In this document: piece by piece, positions 44,396 to 46,372 of the stretch | How positions within the stretch are numbered: the stretch's first letter is position 1 | How the letters are laid out: each line of letters begins with the position of its first letter | Assembly: GCA_014361095.1 (NCBI GenBank) | Contig: JACIWF010000001.1 | Coordinates: forward strand, 1-46,372 | Length of the DNA: 46,372 nt | Reading direction: 5' to 3' | Origin: Hadesarchaea archaeon | GTDB lineage: Archaea; Hadarchaeota; Hadarchaeia; Hadarchaeales; Hadarchaeaceae | The notes under the pieces: model-generated | Database searches by the model: none | What the model was told of the DNA's origin: nothing | What the model saw: the letters and a program-made list of their open reading frames with translations, nothing else | Translations under genes and position numbers: made by a program

Positions 44396-44418
44396 TGCCC
44401 TTAAAATGTCGCAGAACC
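44396..44418. repeat. IS right terminal inverted repeat
   Basis: See the left IR. The terminal ...CGCAGAACC is the reverse complement of GGTTCTGCG. Confidence 0.7.
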
Positions 44419-44426
44419 AATTACAT
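44419..44426. repeat. target-site duplication, right copy (AATTACAT)
   Basis: Identical to 43338-43345. Confidence 0.7.
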
Positions 44427-45017
44427 ACAAATTTTTAAAATCTAAGGAAAAGAAATTTCATCGCCGCGCCTGCCATGTGCCTGAAGAGCCGATGGCAATG
44501 GTTCAGGTACCACCGGGCGCGGGACATCACTTGTTAGCTCCGGTAGCCAACGAGAGGATACATGAGCACATGATATCGTCCCGTCCCATCCCTATTGGAG
44601 GCTATACCCTACCTCCCAAATCTTTCCCGATTCTCTGACCTATTTGGGGATGATGTGAGCTCGCAACCACTAACGGGCACACAATCGGTGTTCCTGGAGC
44701 ACTAGCACTTCGGATGTCTGATTGTCGATGCGTGGAATCAGCTGAAGGATTCTCATGGGCTGCCGTTGGTTGGGTCTTTTCTAGATTTGGTGCTGATCTC
44801 GCAAGTTCATTTTCCAATTCCTCAAGAGTCCTAATGTAGAATCTCATGAGCTTCTTGCTGTGTATCAACCATATTTTCCTCCTAAACAGTTTCCAAATTG
44901 GCTCCTTAACGCATCTCAACCCCTTTAAACAGAGGTATATCTAAAAACTTCAATCCCGAACCGCCATTTTTTAAGCGCTGAAGAATATCAAATGTCGTGA
45001 ACCTGGAGGGAGAAGCT

Positions 45018-46372
45018 TTGCCGAGTTCTAAGGAATATGCAAAAAGGTTGGCTAAGGGGAGCGCCGTAGTTTTCGTAGCGCTAGTAATCTCGGGCCTCGT
45101 CGGCTTTTTGCTTCGGATGTTTCTGACACGCACTCTGAGCGTCGAGGAGTACGGATTGTTCTACGCCATCTTCGCCCTCGTGAGCTTCTTCGCCCTCTTC
45201 CGCGATCTCGGACTCAACTCGGCGCTTGTGAAGTACATCCCAGAGTTCCAAGTGCGCAGGGATTTCAAAGCTATAAAGTCATCGATAACCTTCGTTATGC
45301 TCTTTCAGGCGGTCTTCGCTTTTCTGGTTGCGGCAATACTCTTTGCATTTTCTGGTCGATTAGCGCTTGTGTTTTTCAGAAGCGAGGCAGCGGTTCTTCC
45401 CCTACAAATCCTGTCAGTCTGGTCCTTCACGATGGTCTTTTACAGCGTCATTCGCAGCGCCTTCCAAGGCTTCCAAAACATGCCGGCCTTTGCGGGAATG
45501 GAGTTCTCCTGGATAACACTCGTCTTCATTTCAGCAGTTCTGTTCGTCGGCGTTCTTGGCCAAGGCATCGGTGGTGTTGCTTTCGCTTACTTGGTCGCGA
45601 CGTTGGTGATGATCGTTTTCGGTCTAACGCATCTGGGCCGACGGTACACACAGATTTCTAAAAAGAGGGCTTCTGTCACAAAATCTCTCGTCAAAAAGCT
45701 TTTCGTCTTTGCTCTTCCAGTCTTCATAGGCGGTCTAGGCGGAATTATTTTGGGATATACGGATACTCTCATGATCACTGCTTTCCGCGGTCTCACTCAG
45801 GTTGCCCTCTACCAAGCAGCACAACCGATAACTAATATGCTGTGGACGCTTGTGGGAACTCTGACCACGGTTTTCTTCCCAATGGTCTCAGAACTCTGGG
45901 CAAAGCAGAAACAAAAGTTCTTAAATAGCGCCTTGCAGTTTCTGATTAAATTTTCCTTCATCCTCATAATCCCGGCTGTGCATTTGCTCGTGGCCTTCCC
46001 AGAAATAATCCTTCGTTTGTTGTTCGGCGACAGCTACTTAGCAGCTGCAACCGTGCTCCAAATACTCGGCGGCGTCACGCTTCTCTACGCTCCTTTCACG
46101 ATTATGACCTGCGCCATAGGGGGAATAGGCGCACCCCTGATAAACACTAAGGTAGTTGTGGTGATGGCCTGCCTAAACTTTTTTGGTAACCTGCTGCTGA
46201 TTCCCTCTTATGGCATCGAGGGAGCAGCGGTTGCAACTTTTTGCGCCACTTTAGCCGGATTGGTTTTATCATCTTACTATTTAAGAAAAATCCTCAAACT
46301 GAACCTACCAATCCTTCCCCTGTTTAAAACGGTGGCTGGAGGGATGCTTACTTTAATTTTTATCTTCGTGTT
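45018..46372 (+). CDS. Wzx-like oligosaccharide/polysaccharide flippase (MOP superfamily), 3' end outside window
   Basis: This gene is not in the ORF track because no stop is reached. TTG 45018 is preceded by GGAGGG (45005-10). My translation is 'PSSKEYAKRLAKGSAVVFVALVISGLVGFLLRMFLTRTLSVEEYGLFYAIFALVSFFALFRDLGLNSALVKYI...'. It shows at least 11 TM helices and runs open to the window end. Confidence 0.8.
   Translation, partial: MPSSKEYAKRLAKGSAVVFVALVISGLVGFLLRMFLTRTLSVEEYGLFYAIFALVSFFALFRDLGLNSALVKYIPEFQVRRDFKAIKSSITFVMLFQAVFAFLVAAILFAFSGRLALVFFRSEAAVLPLQILSVWSFTMVFYSVIRSAFQGFQNMPAFAGMEFSWITLVFISAVLFVGVLGQGIGGVAFAYLVATLVMIVFGLTHLGRRYTQISKKRASVTKSLVKKLFVFALPVFIGGLGGIILGYTDTLMITAFRGLTQVALYQAAQPITNMLWTLVGTLTTVFFPMVSELWAKQKQKFLNSALQFLIKFSFILIIPAVHLLVAFPEIILRLLFGDSYLAAATVLQILGGVTLLYAPFTIMTCAIGGIGAPLINTKVVVVMACLNFFGNLLLIPSYGIEGAAVATFCATLAGLVLSSYYLRKILKLNLPILPLFKTVAGGMLTLIFIFV

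Larger units (their letters stand above)
43346..44418 (-). mobile_element. IS6-family insertion sequence (1073 bp), apparently intact
   Basis: Imperfect terminal inverted repeats start with GGTTC(C/T)GCG, the IS6-type GGTTCTG end. An 8-bp direct repeat AATTACAT flanks the element. It contains a single DDE transposase ORF. Confidence 0.8.

Noticed and set aside
44510-44518. 9-nt match (CCACCGGGC) to the tRNA-Arg 3' acceptor/T-arm region (41970-41978), considered as a possible attR of a tRNA-targeted integrated element.
   Set aside because: The match is too short to be significant in GC-rich DNA. No integrase or other element genes lie between the tRNA and the match, and hsp20 and the Trm112-like gene in between look like ordinary host genes.
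44602-44919. 105-aa minus-strand ORF (TTG start; 81 aa from ATG 44847) in the long gap before the flippase gene. ORFs at 44906-45133 and 45587-45796 were also considered.
   Set aside because: The product is low-complexity (Ser/Ala/Pro/His-rich) with no motif. The latter two ORFs are antisense to the flippase CDS. The first is kept only as a remote possibility of a gene remnant (see the finding on 42707-46372).
1-46372. Search by eye for CRISPR arrays, rRNA genes, additional tRNAs (GGTTCGAATCC/GGATTCGAACC-type T-arm words) and long dispersed repeats.
   Set aside because: None were seen apart from the single tRNA-Arg, the IS inverted repeats and target duplication, and the intragenic domain repeats. 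A computational repeat and covariance-model scan would be needed to exclude short or degenerate elements.

Overview
This is an archaeal chromosomal window. The evidence is RadA, an Sm/LSm protein, ABCE1/RLI, NMD3, archaeal-type ThrRS/ProRS/HisS, the archaeal CoA route (pantoate kinase), an archaetidylinositol-phosphate synthase-type enzyme, and a tRNA with a bulge-helix-bulge intron. About 45 tightly packed genes are present, many with 1-4 nt start/stop overlaps. GC is high by eye until about 42.7 kb, then patchy and lower. Core content: a partial HD dNTPase-like gene, tmk, an M50 protease and ubiX. A 7-gene branched-chain amino-acid operon follows (ilvB-ilvN-ilvC-ilvD-leuC-leuD-leuB, no leuA). 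Next are NMD3, thrS, an MFS transporter, and a ParB/Srx-fold (serine-kinase-like) gene coupled to apgM. Then come radA, lsm, ABCE1 and a nitroreductase. A 6.6 kb co-directional array holds pncA, NAPRT, proB, proA, PPAT, coaBC and pantoate kinase. After it are a DUF2283 toxin-antitoxin-like pair, pepQ with a Cys-rich miniprotein, a CBS protein and proS. An inositol-phospholipid locus contains a Zn-ribbon nuclease-fold protein, MIPS, a PfkB kinase, PadR and a CDP-alcohol transferase. The window ends with an endonuclease IV-like TIM barrel, hisS, a 1091-aa STT3/AglB-like oligosaccharyltransferase homologue with four C-terminal beta-sandwich repeats, tRNA-Arg(CCU), hsp20, a Trm112-like protein, an intact IS6-family insertion sequence and a partial Wzx-like flippase. 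I found no rRNA, no CRISPR array and no convincing novel multi-gene defence system. The most unusual items are (i) the AglB-like protein with a degenerate WWDYG motif and tandem repeats, (ii) the serine-kinase-like gene whose conserved N-terminus lies upstream of any canonical start codon, (iii) the non-canonical 29/30 tRNA intron, and (iv) the Zn-ribbon/PD-(D/E)XK-like gene heading the inositol operon opposite PadR. All protein family calls rest on motif recognition by eye, not on database searches.
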